Shown here piece after piece: positions 37,846 to 50,209 of a stretch of 64,000 nt of DNA. The position numbers were made by a program, and so were the translations under genes. The notes under the pieces are model-generated. The model saw nothing but the letters and a program-made list of their open reading frames with translations. It ran no database searches and was not told the origin of the DNA. The DNA comes from Eledone cirrhosa. Taxonomy: Eukaryota. Numbering within the stretch: the first letter of the stretch is position 1; every line of letters begins with the position of its first letter. The stretch covers positions 33,976,001-34,040,000 of the forward strand of contig OZ024741.1 of NCBI GenBank assembly GCA_964016885.1, written 5' to 3'.

Positions 37846-38574
37846 GTAAGTCTGTCTTCTTAATAATGACTGTGTTGTTTTCTGTTTTAGTGACAATTTA
37901 TATTTACCAAGAAGAATTGGTTACAACCAATTCTTGGTAAATATAACTGCATACTGATGTGTGTACCCACACACTCACATACACATATATACACATGGGT
38001 GCCTATCTGTCTCTCACTCTTTCTCTTGGTCCATGTACATACGTATATAAAAGGGTCTTGTTTCAGTGGGGTACCAGGAGAAAAGCCACCCCCCACACCC
38101 ACACACACACACACACTTTTTCAAACGTCTATATTTTATTTTTTGTTTATTTGATATAATAAATTCTTTTTAAGTTTATTTTTTATATCTGAACTTCATT
38201 TGAATATATAAAATTTAATTAGAGTAAAATTTTACTTTTGTGATAGGGTCCGGGAAAGGCAGCATAAGCAATTTATGCTCCTTTAAGAATCAACAAATGT
38301 TGGTTTGTCCCCCTCACATTTTTAAGGCATTATTCGAGACCTGTGGGTACAAGAACTTCAGTACATACAACTATTTCAGCTTTAAACCTCTAAATATTAC
38401 AGATCTGGAACTCTTCAACATACTCTGGTACAAGGGAGACTACTCTGTTTAATAGGATATAATTTTGTCATTCACTTATTTATATAGTTGTCTTAAGACA
38501 GCCTCCTACTTCCACATCATCTCCTTACCATAATATATATAAGAATAAGGAATAACAATGATTTAAATTAAAAC

Positions 38575-38655
38575 ATTTAATTGACGATCGTTTCGTTAAA
38601 ATAACTGGAATATATCATTCTTGTTGTAACAATCTCTTCAGAATCAATTAAATAC
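38575..38655 (-). ncRNA. Minimal type I hammerhead ribozyme-like motif
   Basis: Minus strand: GATT-CTGAAGA-G...C-GAAA-C-GATC-G-TC-AATT. All core nucleotides are present, with a GUC triplet, palindromic loop III and an imperfect long helix II (GTTACAACAA/TTATTTTAAC). Confidence 0.6.
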
Positions 38656-38883
38656 AAATAATATTTACCATCACATGGCCATAGAATTACCAGAGGAATC
38701 CAATTTTGGTGCATTGTATCTGCGAGGCTCCTAGCAATAATTAATTGTATTTATTGGGTGTTTATATTTGTGTTTATATTTTCATTCTGAAAGGATTGTG
38801 AACTATTTGTAATATTATTTATACAACTGTGAATAAAAATTGTTGTTTATTTTGTCTACCTAATTACACACACAAACGCACAT

Positions 38884-39056
38884 TTGGGGGTAACCACAGT
38901 ACGTAAAGTACTCAATACATTAGTAGAGCGTAAACATCAAATTTAATATAGAAATGGCTTGTACAGGACTAGAATTGTTTAATTCAAGATAAATGATTTC
39001 TTTCGAATGAAACATTTCTAGTCCTGTACAAGCCATTTCTATATTAAATTTGATGT
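38884..39056. mobile_element. Asymmetric palindromic element, same family as 45740-45922
   Basis: Perfect 41-bp arms 38934-38974/39016-39056; leader GGGGTAACCACA..GTACTCAATACAT shared with 45744-45780. Confidence 0.8.
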
Positions 39057-39425
39057 ATATATATTAATGAAATTTTTTTTTAATCTGAAACAGGTTAAGA
39101 ATATTTATAAAATGAGAAAATGTATATATATATTATTATAAACATGAAAACTACATGTCTGAAGGACCTAAAGTTTTGTGCTTAAATGCACTTTCTTCAA
39201 AAAGAATTACTTACATTTTGGAAAAACATGCATGAAAATTTAGTCTAGTACTGTTATTTTCTTGAATGTGCCTTCTATCATCATCATCATCGGTTAACCT
39301 TTGTTTATGTTTCTCACAAATGTTGGACATGTCATCACAAACTGGTCATTACTCAAGTGGAGAGTCTGATCTCCAGATGGAGCACAAAATACGATCCCAC
39401 GCTTTACCAAGTGCATTATATACGA

Positions 39426-39589
39426 ATTGGCAGTATCGGTAGAGGGTTGCATAGTTATGTCTCTTTATGGTCTGAGTTCAAATCCTGTTGAGGTTAACTT
39501 TGCCTTTCATCCTTATGGGGTCGATAAAATAAAGTACCAGTAATGTACTGGGTTGTTGCTGGCCTAGTGCCAAAAGTAGAAACAATTAT
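39426..39589 (+). mobile_element. tRNA-derived SINE family A (internal deletion in the head)
   Basis: TGGCAGTATCGG, GAGTTCAAATCC, body and AGTAGAAACAATT tail. Confidence 0.85.
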
Positions 39590-39760
39590 ATACAGGTACC
39601 AACACTGGGGAAGTTTTGTTGTTACTGGCTTATCTGAAGAGTTTTCTGAATCCTTCATTTGATGGGTTTTTTATGGCTTGATGCCCTTCCTATCATCAAA
39701 CACTTTACAAAGTGCACTGGAGAAGTTGTTATGCTCCTGTCACAACTAAGTGTCCATTCT

Positions 39761-40034
39761 CTAGTCTAGTCTAAAGTCTATCTCAAGCCAGGAGGTTCTT
39801 CAGGTTGGTGCCTATCCAAGTTTCGTGGCATGAAGCGAATGTGAGTGCAAAACTCCCCCTGGACAGAACGCCAGTCAATCTCAAGGTTACACCCACCCAG
39901 CTATTGCTGGTACTCATTTTCAGCTGAGTATACTGAAGCAATGTGAAATTAAGTGTTTTGCTCAAGAACACAACACGCAACCCAGCCCAGGAATTGAACT
40001 CACAACATTATGATTATAAGTCCAACATCCTTAC
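39761..40034 (-). mobile_element. tRNA-derived SINE family B, full length
   Basis: Reverse complement of 48768-49062; TCCATTCT direct repeats at ~39753 and ~40036. Confidence 0.88.
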
Positions 40035-40559
40035 CACTAAGCTACACGCCTCCACATCCATTCTACTTTTATGACATGGTTTCTCCAGTGTAGTGCCCTG
40101 CCTATTGCCAGAGTGTACTAGGTGCATTTATTGTGGCACTATCACCACAGTTGTTGTCATTGACTCACCTGAAGAGCCCTCTCTACTGATGGTGGTGGAG
40201 TGTTGCTAAGTGTGGTGGGATTTAACAAGGTGATGGGTGGTTTGGGGGATGGGATATAGCTACTTGGAGACTATGGCTGGTGTATCAGGGTTTAGAGGTT
40301 ATCTAGAGTAGAATGGAAGCATGGATAGAGTGTAGTTGTTAGAATATAAGATGGATGGAATGAGTGGGGCTTGGGTGTATAGTGATTCCGAGAATAGCTA
40401 CTTAAGGGGTGGGGTGATGTTTTGTGGATAGGGGTGTAGTAATTGCAAGTATAGATGATAAAGGGTTACAGTCGGGAGTGAGGGTTATGTGGTTGGGTAA
40501 AGCTCAGGTTTTAGGTTGGTAGGTCGGTTTTCACCAGCTCAGCATGTTGTCAGTCCTTA

Positions 40560-40805
40560 TAATGTTTTGTCATCCCTGTTGTGCAGTTCAGGTTCTTAAG
40601 GTTAGCTCTCGCTACCTCGCCCAATGTCTTACATGAGTTCCCCCCACTGAGATTTCTCTGCACTTTACACAGCTGTCATCATCCATATACATCACATGTC
40701 CATACCATCACAGTGTTATCTCGAGCACATTACATCCAATTCCTCTTATCCCAAGTTTTTCTTTCCACTCACTCAAGCTATATCATTCTATATTGTTCAT
40801 ACATG
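40560..40805 (-). mobile_element. Decayed RTE ORF2 fragment
   Basis: CATCACATGTCCATACCA is the WYGHVM motif on the minus strand; decayed 3'UTR-like sequence lies to the left. Confidence 0.55.
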
Positions 40806-41911
40806 CAACCATTACATATCAATTTGAGCTTCCTATATCTATCCTTATAAATATAGGTCAAACCCATGCTAATGTAGAACGTGGACGTTAAACGATGATG
40901 ATGATGATAGGTAACCTGTCATTACAGAAGTGGTTGTCTATCAGTCCTGCTGTAACAATTAACAACTGGATGATAAATATTATCATATTTTATACAATTT
41001 CCTGTGAGTTTCTGCTTCACTACAAAGTGGATCTCCTTGTTCCCAAGAAATCTGTGCTGCCCTGTGTGTGAGAATGGAAGGAATTGTTGCTATACTACAT
41101 TAAAATAGATGGTACTAAAATTAGATATTTTGTGTTGCATTTTTCACAGAGAAAATTGATGATGATGATGATGACAAGTTTTAAAAATATATATATATAT
41201 TTTTTGTATAGCATTCAATACACTGCCCTTTAACCTGTGTGTGTGTGTTTGCTTGTGTGTGAATGAGTGTATGTGAGTGTTTTTTGTGTGTTTGTGCATG
41301 CATGTATGTGTAATGAGTTTGTGTCTATGTGTTAGATTATATTTAACTATTGTGCAATGTTGAAAAGGGACAAAAATATGTTGATCTCAGCTAGTTTTTA
41401 CAAATAAATCATTACTCCATTGCCAGCACACTTAGATACATGTAACACCACCTTCCCCACCAACTCCACTGCGTTCTAATATTAAATTCTATGCCAGCTA
41501 CTGTAAACAACAAATAATTACAAAAATAAAAATATATATATATATAGTTTGCTGAGAAGGTTTAAATAATTAGGAAGACAAAAAAATATTTATTTAGTTT
41601 GCTCAGAACGTTTAAATCAATCGTTCCTGCACGTTTTGCATTGTTCAGATGTTGTCTAAAACACAGCACCAGACAGAATACTAAATAGTTCTCTCTAACC
41701 GGTTTCATATTGTCTCTGTGTCTTTAAAAGATGGACTTGCAATATAGCAATGAGTAATTTGATATATATATATATAAACATATGGTTTTTAAGTCTCTTT
41801 GTCTCTCTACAGAAACTATGCACAGTTATACAATTGTCTGTCTGGGAAACTGTACACAATACAGCTCCTATATTATACTAATTTCTGGCTAATTTGTGTG
41901 ATATTGTTACC

Positions 41912-42770
41912 GTTGTTGGTGTTGGTGGTGGTGTTGATATTGTTGGTGTTGGTATTGTTGGTGGTATTGGTGGTGTTGGTATTGTTGGTGGTGTTGGTAT
42001 TGTTGGTGGTGGTGTTGGTATTGTTGGTGGTATTGGTGTTGGTGTTGGTATTGTTGTTGGTGTTGGTGGTGTTGGTATTATTGGTGTTGGTGTTGTTGGT
42101 GGTGGTGTTGGTATTGTTGGTGGTGGTGTTGGTATTGTTGGTGGTATTGGTGTTGGTGGTGGTGGTATTGGTGGTGTTGGTATTGTTGGTGTTGGTGGTG
42201 TTGGTATTGTTGGTGTTGGTATTGTTGGTGGTGTTGGTGGTATTGGTGGTGTTGGTATTGTTGGTGGTATTGTTGGTGTTGTTGGTGGTGTTGGTATTGT
42301 TGGTGGTGGTGTTGGTATTGTTGGTGGTATTGGTGTTGGTGGTGGTGGTATTGTTGGTGGTATTGGTGGTGTTGGTATTGTTGGTGTTGGTGGTGTTGGT
42401 ATTGTTGGTGTTGGTATTGTTGGTGGTGTTGGTGGTATTGGTGGTGTTGGTATTGTTGGTGTTGGTATTGTTGGTGGTATTGTTGGTGTTGTTGGTGGTG
42501 TTGGTATTGTTGTTGTTGGTGTTGGTGGTATTGTTAGTGGTGTTGGTGTTGGTGGTGTTGGTAGTGGTGGTATTGTTGGTGCTGTTGGTATTGTTGTTGG
42601 TGGTGTTGTTGTTGGTAGTGGTAGTATTGTTGGTGGTGGGGGTATTGTTGGTGATGGTGGTATTGTTATTAGTGGTGGTGTTGGTGTTGTTGATGATGGG
42701 GTGTTGTTGATGGTGGGATGTTGGTGGTGGGGTGCTGTTGGTTGTAGTGGGGGTGTTGTTGGTGATAACT
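41912..42770. repeat. (GGT/GTT/ATT)n trinucleotide-derived tract
   Basis: Direct reading. Confidence 0.95.
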
Positions 42771-43139
42771 GGGTTGTGATCAAGATCAAGTATTTTTAGT
42801 GTTCAGTGTGTATGTGTATGGGTGCATGCATGTATGTGTGTGAGGGGGTGCATGTATATATGTATATATATATATGCTGGAGTGCATATATGCATGTATA
42901 TGTGCATGTATGTATGCATATATGCGTGTTTGTGTGTGTGTGGGGGGGGGGGGGGTACATGTATATCTGCACGTGTGTGTGTATGGGGGCATGTTTGATG
43001 CATATGCATGCGTATGTGTGTGTATGGGTGCCTGTATGTATACATATATGTGTGTATGGGTGCCTGTATGTATGCATATATGTGTGTTCCTATGGGTGCA
43101 TGTATACATATATGTATGTTATTCTGTGTTTTTTTTAAA

Positions 43140-43479
43140 TTATTTCTCGTCGGGAAGGCGAGAGAGAGTTGATTTAAAAAAAAAAAACAGAATTCGTCGT
43201 TTAGTTTACATATTGAGACCCCAACCCATCCTATTTATTTTATAACTTTTCGGATTTCTAGTAATGTACTTTTTTTGACATGCATAATGTTTTTTTTAAT
43301 GTATAAAGAAAATTTATTATCGCAGGAATGCTACTACTTAAAATAAAATTTCGCCGGAGATAGATTAGAAATATTTAATAAATGGGGTGGGAGGGTGGAA
43401 TATAAGTAGGGAGAAGGGGGATCTGAAAAATTAATAAATGTGTGTGGGGACGGGACAATTATTTGAGAGCCGAGAGTGA
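43140..43479. mobile_element. Pogo-like MITE family member (left TIR not recognised)
   Basis: TTTAGTTTACATATTGAGACCCCAACCCATCCTATTTATTTTATAA shared with 8605-8651; ends TTATTTGAGAGCCGAGAG. Confidence 0.7.
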
Positions 43480-44708
43480 CTAAAATATAAGAAATCAGTG
43501 TGTGTATGTTGTACCATTGATAAGGATGAGGAGGAGGGTGAGATATGGACTGTGTTGAACATTATTATTAGTGAATCATGGATTGTATTAACACCAGAAG
43601 GCGAAGCCTATGTCACTTGGATATTGAAATAAATATATCGTCAAACCAAATAAAGGGATTCGATCTGCTGAAAATAGCAGCCTAATTTGCTTCAGCTTAC
43701 ACCCTTAAAAAAACAACATCACACCGCATTGGACAATATGGTCTCTAGTATACAAAAAAATGAATGGTCACAACTGGACTGCCTTTAGATCCATTATGAT
43801 TGAAGCGCCTGGAGCTTAATATATCGAATTACAGAATGTTAAAAAAACGATTTTAACACGTCGTAACCTGAGTTATCTCCCTTACACAACGGCATTGCTT
43901 TATCTCCCTTGCCTCATATGTTATATTTAGGTTTTGTTTCATGTAAAATGTTTCATGACAAATTTAGTGAGGAATCACAATAAATACAACTAAAGTTATA
44001 TCGCTGGGTTGCCCAGCTCATTAGACTTATGACAGGAAAATAGTTATTTGTTGTTATTGTTTATTTAAAGGTCAGTCTAACTGAAACAATCTCGTCTATT
44101 TAGATTATCTTAAATATCCATTTGTCTCATGCAGTTACTCTCAAATGTATTCTGTCGCCGAACCTTTATGCGATTTAAAAAAAAAATGCGTATCTCCTTT
44201 CAATCTTTTATTGACAGTACTCACCACCACCCTAATTTTAATGTCATTAAATAAAACAAAATATTTTAGAGAGGGAATTTATTTACACATACATATAAAC
44301 ATACATATTTGTTGTTATATTTGGGGAGGGTCACGTTGTCCTAATATTTCCCAAAATAGTCAAACAAAAAAAAGGAGATGCTCTAGACAGAGGAAATTAT
44401 TGAGGCATCAAGTTGGTTGGCCAGGTTATGAAGGTCACAAAAGGAATTATAAGCACAGCTGATTAAGGACCAAATTAACCTAGATGAGATGGAGTTTGGA
44501 TTTGGGCTAGCCAAGTTATGTGACCACATCTTGCTATGGATCCATTATTGGCTTAGTTTCTGCAGTTGGATGCCCTTCCTAATGCCAAACACATTATGTG
44601 TACTGAGAAGTTTTTTTCGTGGTACCACCACTAGCACTTTACTGGTGGGCTGGGTGCTTTATGTCATGTCATCAGAATAACTACCTAACACACATACACA
44701 CACACACA

Positions 44709-45046
44709 GGTATGGTCTACAAATTAAGAAGCTCACTTCTCAATCATGAGGAACTAGATTCAGACCCATAGGCATGTTGGGTAAGTGTCTTATGACATAT
44801 CCCTGAGTTGATTCAAGTGTTGTGAGTGAAATTGGGCAGACGGTGTCATCATCATTTGACTTTCCACACTAGCATGGGTCAGACGGGTTGTTCCATTTGA
44901 GGTAGGTTGGGTCAGGTGATCATATCTTGTTCATATAGGAGTGTTTCTGGCTGGTTTTCTATGACTGGATGACCTTCCTAATGCAAAATTACAGTATATG
45001 TTGGGTGCTTTTTGTTGTGACACCTACATGACCACTTTACAGTGTC
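44709..45046. mobile_element. Old tRNA-like SINE (44709-44845, plus) followed by an RTE 3'UTR fragment (44846-45046, minus)
   Basis: First part is the reverse complement of 49063-49182; second part carries CTGGATGACCTTCCTAATG and the 49-bp module. Confidence 0.6.
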
Positions 45047-45393
45047 CGTGGAGAAATCTGTAAGATGGACTGCACCAGTAATTCAGATGTATGTGGCCTT
45101 GCTGCACATTATGTCATGCCCATTTCACTTGAGAATTATGTTAAGACTACATGTGTCTGTGGAATACTCAGCCACTTTGCATGTTAATTCAATTTCAATT
45201 ACTGGTTCATTCGGTTGATCAAACAACTAAATCCTCATACATTGTTTTTGGTGAAAGAGTCCATCATCACCATTATTTTTAAGCTTGCATTTCCATGTTG
45301 GCATGGGTTGGGCAGGGCATTTTGAGGGTTTACATCCAGATCCCCTTCCTTTGTTTCTTACAACACATAGGTGTATAATATGCATATTTTAAA

Positions 45394-45471
<78 letters not shown>

Positions 45472-45484
45472 CACACACACACAC

Positions 45485-45678
45485 ACGTGGGGATGCTAGA
45501 AAGTTCCTGGCCTTAAGGGTATTGCAAAAAGGTAGAGCTGTTACCTTTACAGGGGAGGTAGGACAGCTGCAATAAGTGTGTGAATCTGAGAGGGGAATAT
45601 GTTGAATAAAATCATAATTAACTGATCCCCCTGTATTTTCTTTTACCCAATGCCAGGGACTTTTCAGCACCCCCTTGT
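45485..45678. mobile_element. Mariner-like MITE
   Basis: ~27-bp imperfect TIRs ACGTGGGGATGCTAGAAAGTTCCTGGC / GCCAGGGACTTTTCAGCACCCCCTTGT. Confidence 0.75.
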
Positions 45679-45739
45679 GTATTTATATATATATATATAC
45701 ACACACACCACACACACATATATGTTTGATCCTGAGTTA

Positions 45740-45922
45740 AGTTGGGGTAACCACATTAAATAAGGTACTCAATACATGTGTAGAGTGACAACAAAGGTTT
45801 ATATAGAAAAGGCTTCTACAGGACTAGAACTATTTCATTTGTATGAAATCATCAGGAATTCCTGATGATTTCACACGAATGAAACAGTTCTAGTCCTTTA
45901 GAATCCTTTTCTATATAAACCT
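45740..45922. mobile_element. Asymmetric palindromic element with partial hammerhead-like cores on both strands
   Basis: 64-bp arms 45795-45858/45859-45922 (59/64 matches, no loop); + strand CTGATGA-T-TTC-ACAC-GAA-T-GAAAC-AGTTCTA-GTC. Confidence 0.8.
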
Positions 45923-45933
45923 CTCGCTCTCTT

Positions 45934-45983
<50 letters not shown>

Positions 45984-46280
45984 CACACACACTCCCGTCT
46001 AACCCATGCTAGCGTGGAAGATGATGATGATGATGACACACATATCTATATATATTTGATATTGTTATGCAAGCACACAAATATTCAGAATTATGTATAT
46101 ACATGTGCCTATACAAATACACATACACACAATCAGGATTACCCATTACTTACACACACTCATAAGTCTTACTGTTTACATATGTGCATGTACATGCACA
46201 CACAAATGGAAGTGTATTCCTATATATACATATAGTTATGTACTTATATATATGTGTATATTTATGTGTATATATATGTA

Positions 46281-46311
<31 letters not shown>

Positions 46312-46385
46312 GTATACACATATGTATATATATATATGTGTGTATAGTGTATATACGTAATATATGTATGTAATATATGTGTGTG

Positions 46386-46428
<43 letters not shown>

Positions 46429-47004
46429 ATGTGTATATATGTGTATGTGTGTATATATGTGTATGTGTGTATATGTGTGTATGTGTATATATGTATATAT
46501 ACATACACTCATACACACACACACAATCACATCTCTACACCCCATGTTCATCAATGGGGGTGCCCTTTTATAGTTTAAGAGCTTAAGTGAGGTGACCTTA
46601 TTTAATATTATTTCCATAATCTGAAACAATTGGAAGCTATTTAAACTTCATAATAAATACATACTCACACCACTTCAGGTCATTATGAGCAAACATACAG
46701 CAGAACCACCACCACCACTGCCACAACCACCACCACTATCACCGCTGCCACAACCACTGCCCTCCCCCCCACCCCCACCACCACCCTGTGCTATATGCAC
46801 CAAAATAGCAACATACCCACACCCTTTCCTTTAATTTAGCATAATTCATCACCTCACTCCACTTTATCTAATAAAGAAAGGAAGAATAGAAATTTATCTA
46901 TCTATCTATCTATCTATCTAATCTCTCTCTGTCTCTCTCACTCTCTCTCTGTCTCTCTCACTCTCTCTCTATCTCTCTATCTATGTTCCTGTTTGTCTGT
47001 CTCT

Positions 47005-47039
<35 letters not shown>

Positions 47040-47370
47040 CCTATGTGTCTGTCTGACTGTCTATCTATAGCTATCTATTTATGTATATTTACCAATGTAT
47101 CTTTCTTTGAAGAAGAACAATAACAACAGCATGAATTCCAATAGCTGTGGGGAGATACATAGATAGTCATCATAATTTAGTGGCTATATGTTTGATAGAT
47201 AGATACATAAATAGTATCTTGTATACTGTAAAATAAATACTGTGCATACTTGTATATAAGTTGCAGCTTCTTGCAGAAGACTACATGAAAAGCTAGCCTG
47301 TGACTTATCTACTAGCCCTACAAAATCTCAGTTCAAAATATATGCTACATTGGAAATATTGTGTATGAAA

Positions 47371-47720
47371 TGAAGTTGCAACTGAAAAGTTCATAGGCTG
47401 ACCAAGATACTCTCATAAAAATTAAAAAAATTAATGAAATTATTGTGTATAGTGCTCAGGTGCACTACAACTCGTCAAAGGTGCATGTATAGTACATAGA
47501 ATAATGTACAAATATCAGGAAAGTGAACAGTGTATGGAATGACCAAATAAGGTTTATTTTTCAACATAGTCCCTGGAAAGAAACAATACAGTTATCAATA
47601 AGAAGAGTTGAAATCAATGCTTGCAAGATTACACAGCTCTGTGCAATCATGCACCTTTGACGACTTGTAGTGCACCACACCTTCATAGTCAGCCTATTAA
47701 CTTTTCAGCCGACCCTTGTA
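47371..47720. mobile_element. Mariner-like MITE with a nested CR1 tail (47430-47537, minus)
   Basis: TIR cores CTGAAAAGTTCATAGGCTGAC / GTCAGCCTATTAACTTTTCAG, right end CCCTTGTA. Confidence 0.72.
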
Positions 47721-47811
47721 TATAATGGATAATGATAAAATAAAATTCACTTTGATTCAACATAACTTTCAAAGTCTATAAACCTAACTTGCACACAAAC
47801 TCCTCCTTTAG

Positions 47812-47851
47812 ACAATTGAACCCCACAAAAGCATCAACCAAAGTCAACCAG
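47812..47851 (+). CDS. Candidate 40-nt coding exon (TIEPHKSINQSQP)
   Basis: Branch point CTAAC at 47784, acceptor CTCCTCCTTTAG, donor CAG|GTAATT; open in phase 0, compatible with the 37845 donor; no homology support. Confidence 0.38.
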
Positions 47852-48767
47852 GTAATTTGAGACAATTTCTGACATTTTGAGAAAAGAAAACCCTTATTGT
47901 CCAAACTAACACACGCACACATACATGCATGTGTGCAAATACACCATCTACATAAGCTTATGTGGTTGTTTAACCTGCTAGAAATATCAGTGAAATGTCC
48001 CTCAAATCGAATTTTAATGCCTCAACCCTTATGTTAGTATGAAAAGCACTGCTTTTAATTTTCAAATCATTTTGATTTAGTAATATAACTTACCTCATTA
48101 TTAAGCTGCTGTTTGGAACATAAATTAACAAAAATTCTTACATAATATTAAGGTGGAGGGTTCTTAGATAAATATAAACACTTTAAAATAAGCAGCTTAG
48201 CATCATAGAATTAGGGTCAGTATTAGAAAGTTAAAGACACATTAAATAATTATGTTTAACTAAAAGACAAGTTTGAATGTCTTTGAACATTAGCTTTTTG
48301 GGTTGTTTTTTTTGCATCCAGATTGACCTAGGGCTAATCAACAGTAACAAGTAGCCACTTACTAATTACTCACTCTGTTAAAAATAGCACCCAGTCAACT
48401 TCAAATGACACCTTAGACACATTGGAAAGGAGAATCCTTGATGCACAAAGAAAAAATGGAATAGTCAGGACCACATCTTTGAGCAGAGGTCTCCTGGATT
48501 AGAGCAAATATATGAAGCTAAACAACAACAGGGGGAAAGGATTAGACCTCCATTGGTTTCAATGGTGAGTCTTCCTGTTGTTCAATCAATAGGGCAACTT
48601 GCTCATGAAGTTAAAGAGTAAGCAACTGAGCATGCCACAGACATGCTTTCTTAACTTAATTCTCAGGGAGATTCAGCATGACAGTGTATGACATGGCTGG
48701 CCCTTTGATTTTTCATGTACAATACATCCAACAGGCTTCCAAACAGTTTCTGTCTACCCAGTTTCAA

Positions 48768-49062
48768 GTGGAGGCAAGTGGCCTAATGGTAAGGGTGTTG
48801 GACTTACGATGATAATGTTGTGGGTTCGATTCCTGGGCTGGGTTGTGTGTTGTGTTCTTGAGCAAAACACTTCATTTCGCGTTGCTCCAGTATACTCAGC
48901 TGAAAATGCACCAGCAATAGCTGCGGGTTTAACCCTGTGACGGACAGGTGTCCTGTCCAGGGGGGGGGGGGGGTCTTGTACTCTCAGTCGCTTCACGCCA
49001 TGAAACTGGGATAAGCACCGGCCTAACGAACCTTCTAGCTTAAGACAGACTTTAGACTTAGA
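48768..49062 (+). mobile_element. tRNA-derived SINE family B, full length, nested in an older minus-strand SINE
   Basis: A-box TGGCCTAATGG, B-box GGTTCGATTCC, CORE-like GTGTTCTTGAGCAAAACACTT, tail GACTTTAGACTTAGAC; TSD CAGTTTCA at 48759-48766 and 49063-49070. Confidence 0.92.
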
Positions 49063-49444
49063 CAGTTTCACTTACAAAGCTTGGGTTAACCCGAGGCTAT
49101 AGTAAATGACACTTGTCTGAAATACCACACTGTGGGATTGAACTTGGAATCTTATGATTACAAAGCAAATATCTTAACCATTTGTCCAACTAGAGAAGCT
49201 GACATAGCACGATCTAAAGGTAACTCTTACTCAGAGTTAAGAGTTTAGTACTAAAAATAATATATACTTAATTGAATTCAGATCTGTTTGAATTGTGTGA
49301 TTTGAAACCTGGGACATGTATAAGTATGGGACAAACACAATGACATTGTAACAATGTATATTTATCCCCCAGCACACACACATGTATGTATATATAATAT
49401 ATTTAAAGTTTATGTATACATATGTCATTATATATATATATATG

Positions 49445-49480
<36 letters not shown>

Positions 49481-49669
49481 TGTATATATAATATATTTAA
49501 AGTTTATGTATACGTATATCATTATATATATATGTTTATATACACATACATGTATATGTATATCATTATATATATAAATATATATGTATACACACACACA
49601 TATATATAAACAAAGGGTCGGGAGGACCCTTCAGTCATGTCAAGGACACGACAGCCTCCCTAGTGTTGG

Positions 49670-49956
49670 TGATTTACATGATAAACACACCCAGTATACA
49701 CTGTAAAGTGGTTGGTGATAGGAAGGACATCCAGCCATAGAAATCTTGCCAAACAAAGGGTTGGGACGGCCCTTTAGTTGTGTCAAAGGGATGACAACCT
49801 CTCCTGAGTACTTCATGGAACATGAGACTGTACATAATCTCACAGGTCCCTGGCCAGCCTGGAAGATCAATGGCTTCGCTTCAGTACTGACTTGGTCTAT
49901 AAAGATCTGTCCAACCCTTGCTAGCAGGGTAAGCAGATGTCAAAACAACAATGATT
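49670..49956 (+). mobile_element. RTE-related 3'UTR fragment
   Basis: CTGTAAAGTGGTTGGTGATAGGAAGGACATCCAGCCATAGAAA ... GTCCAACCCTTGCTAGCAGGG. Confidence 0.7.
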
Positions 49957-50209
49957 ATATATATATATATGTATGTATATATATGTGTGTGTGTATGTAT
50001 ATATATGTATATTTGTGTTAATTAACACAATAATAAACTTTAGTTCTTTAACACCGTGAGTAAACATAATTACTCTAATGACTTTGATAAACATAACCAC
50101 ATGTCTGAGACAGGGAGAGAGAGGGGGAAGAGGGAGAGTAGTAGAAGTGTTTGACTGTGACCGAAATATATGCATGCATTATACATACACACACACATAT
50201 ATATATGTA

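Noticed and set aside
41799-42799. Gly/Val-rich (elastin-like) and Pro/Thr-rich (mucin-like) ORFs
   Set aside because: Open in several frames because of trinucleotide composition; no convincing signal peptide or splice boundaries
48768-48850. tRNA gene
   Set aside because: A and B boxes continue into a SINE body with a TSD; no full cloverleaf
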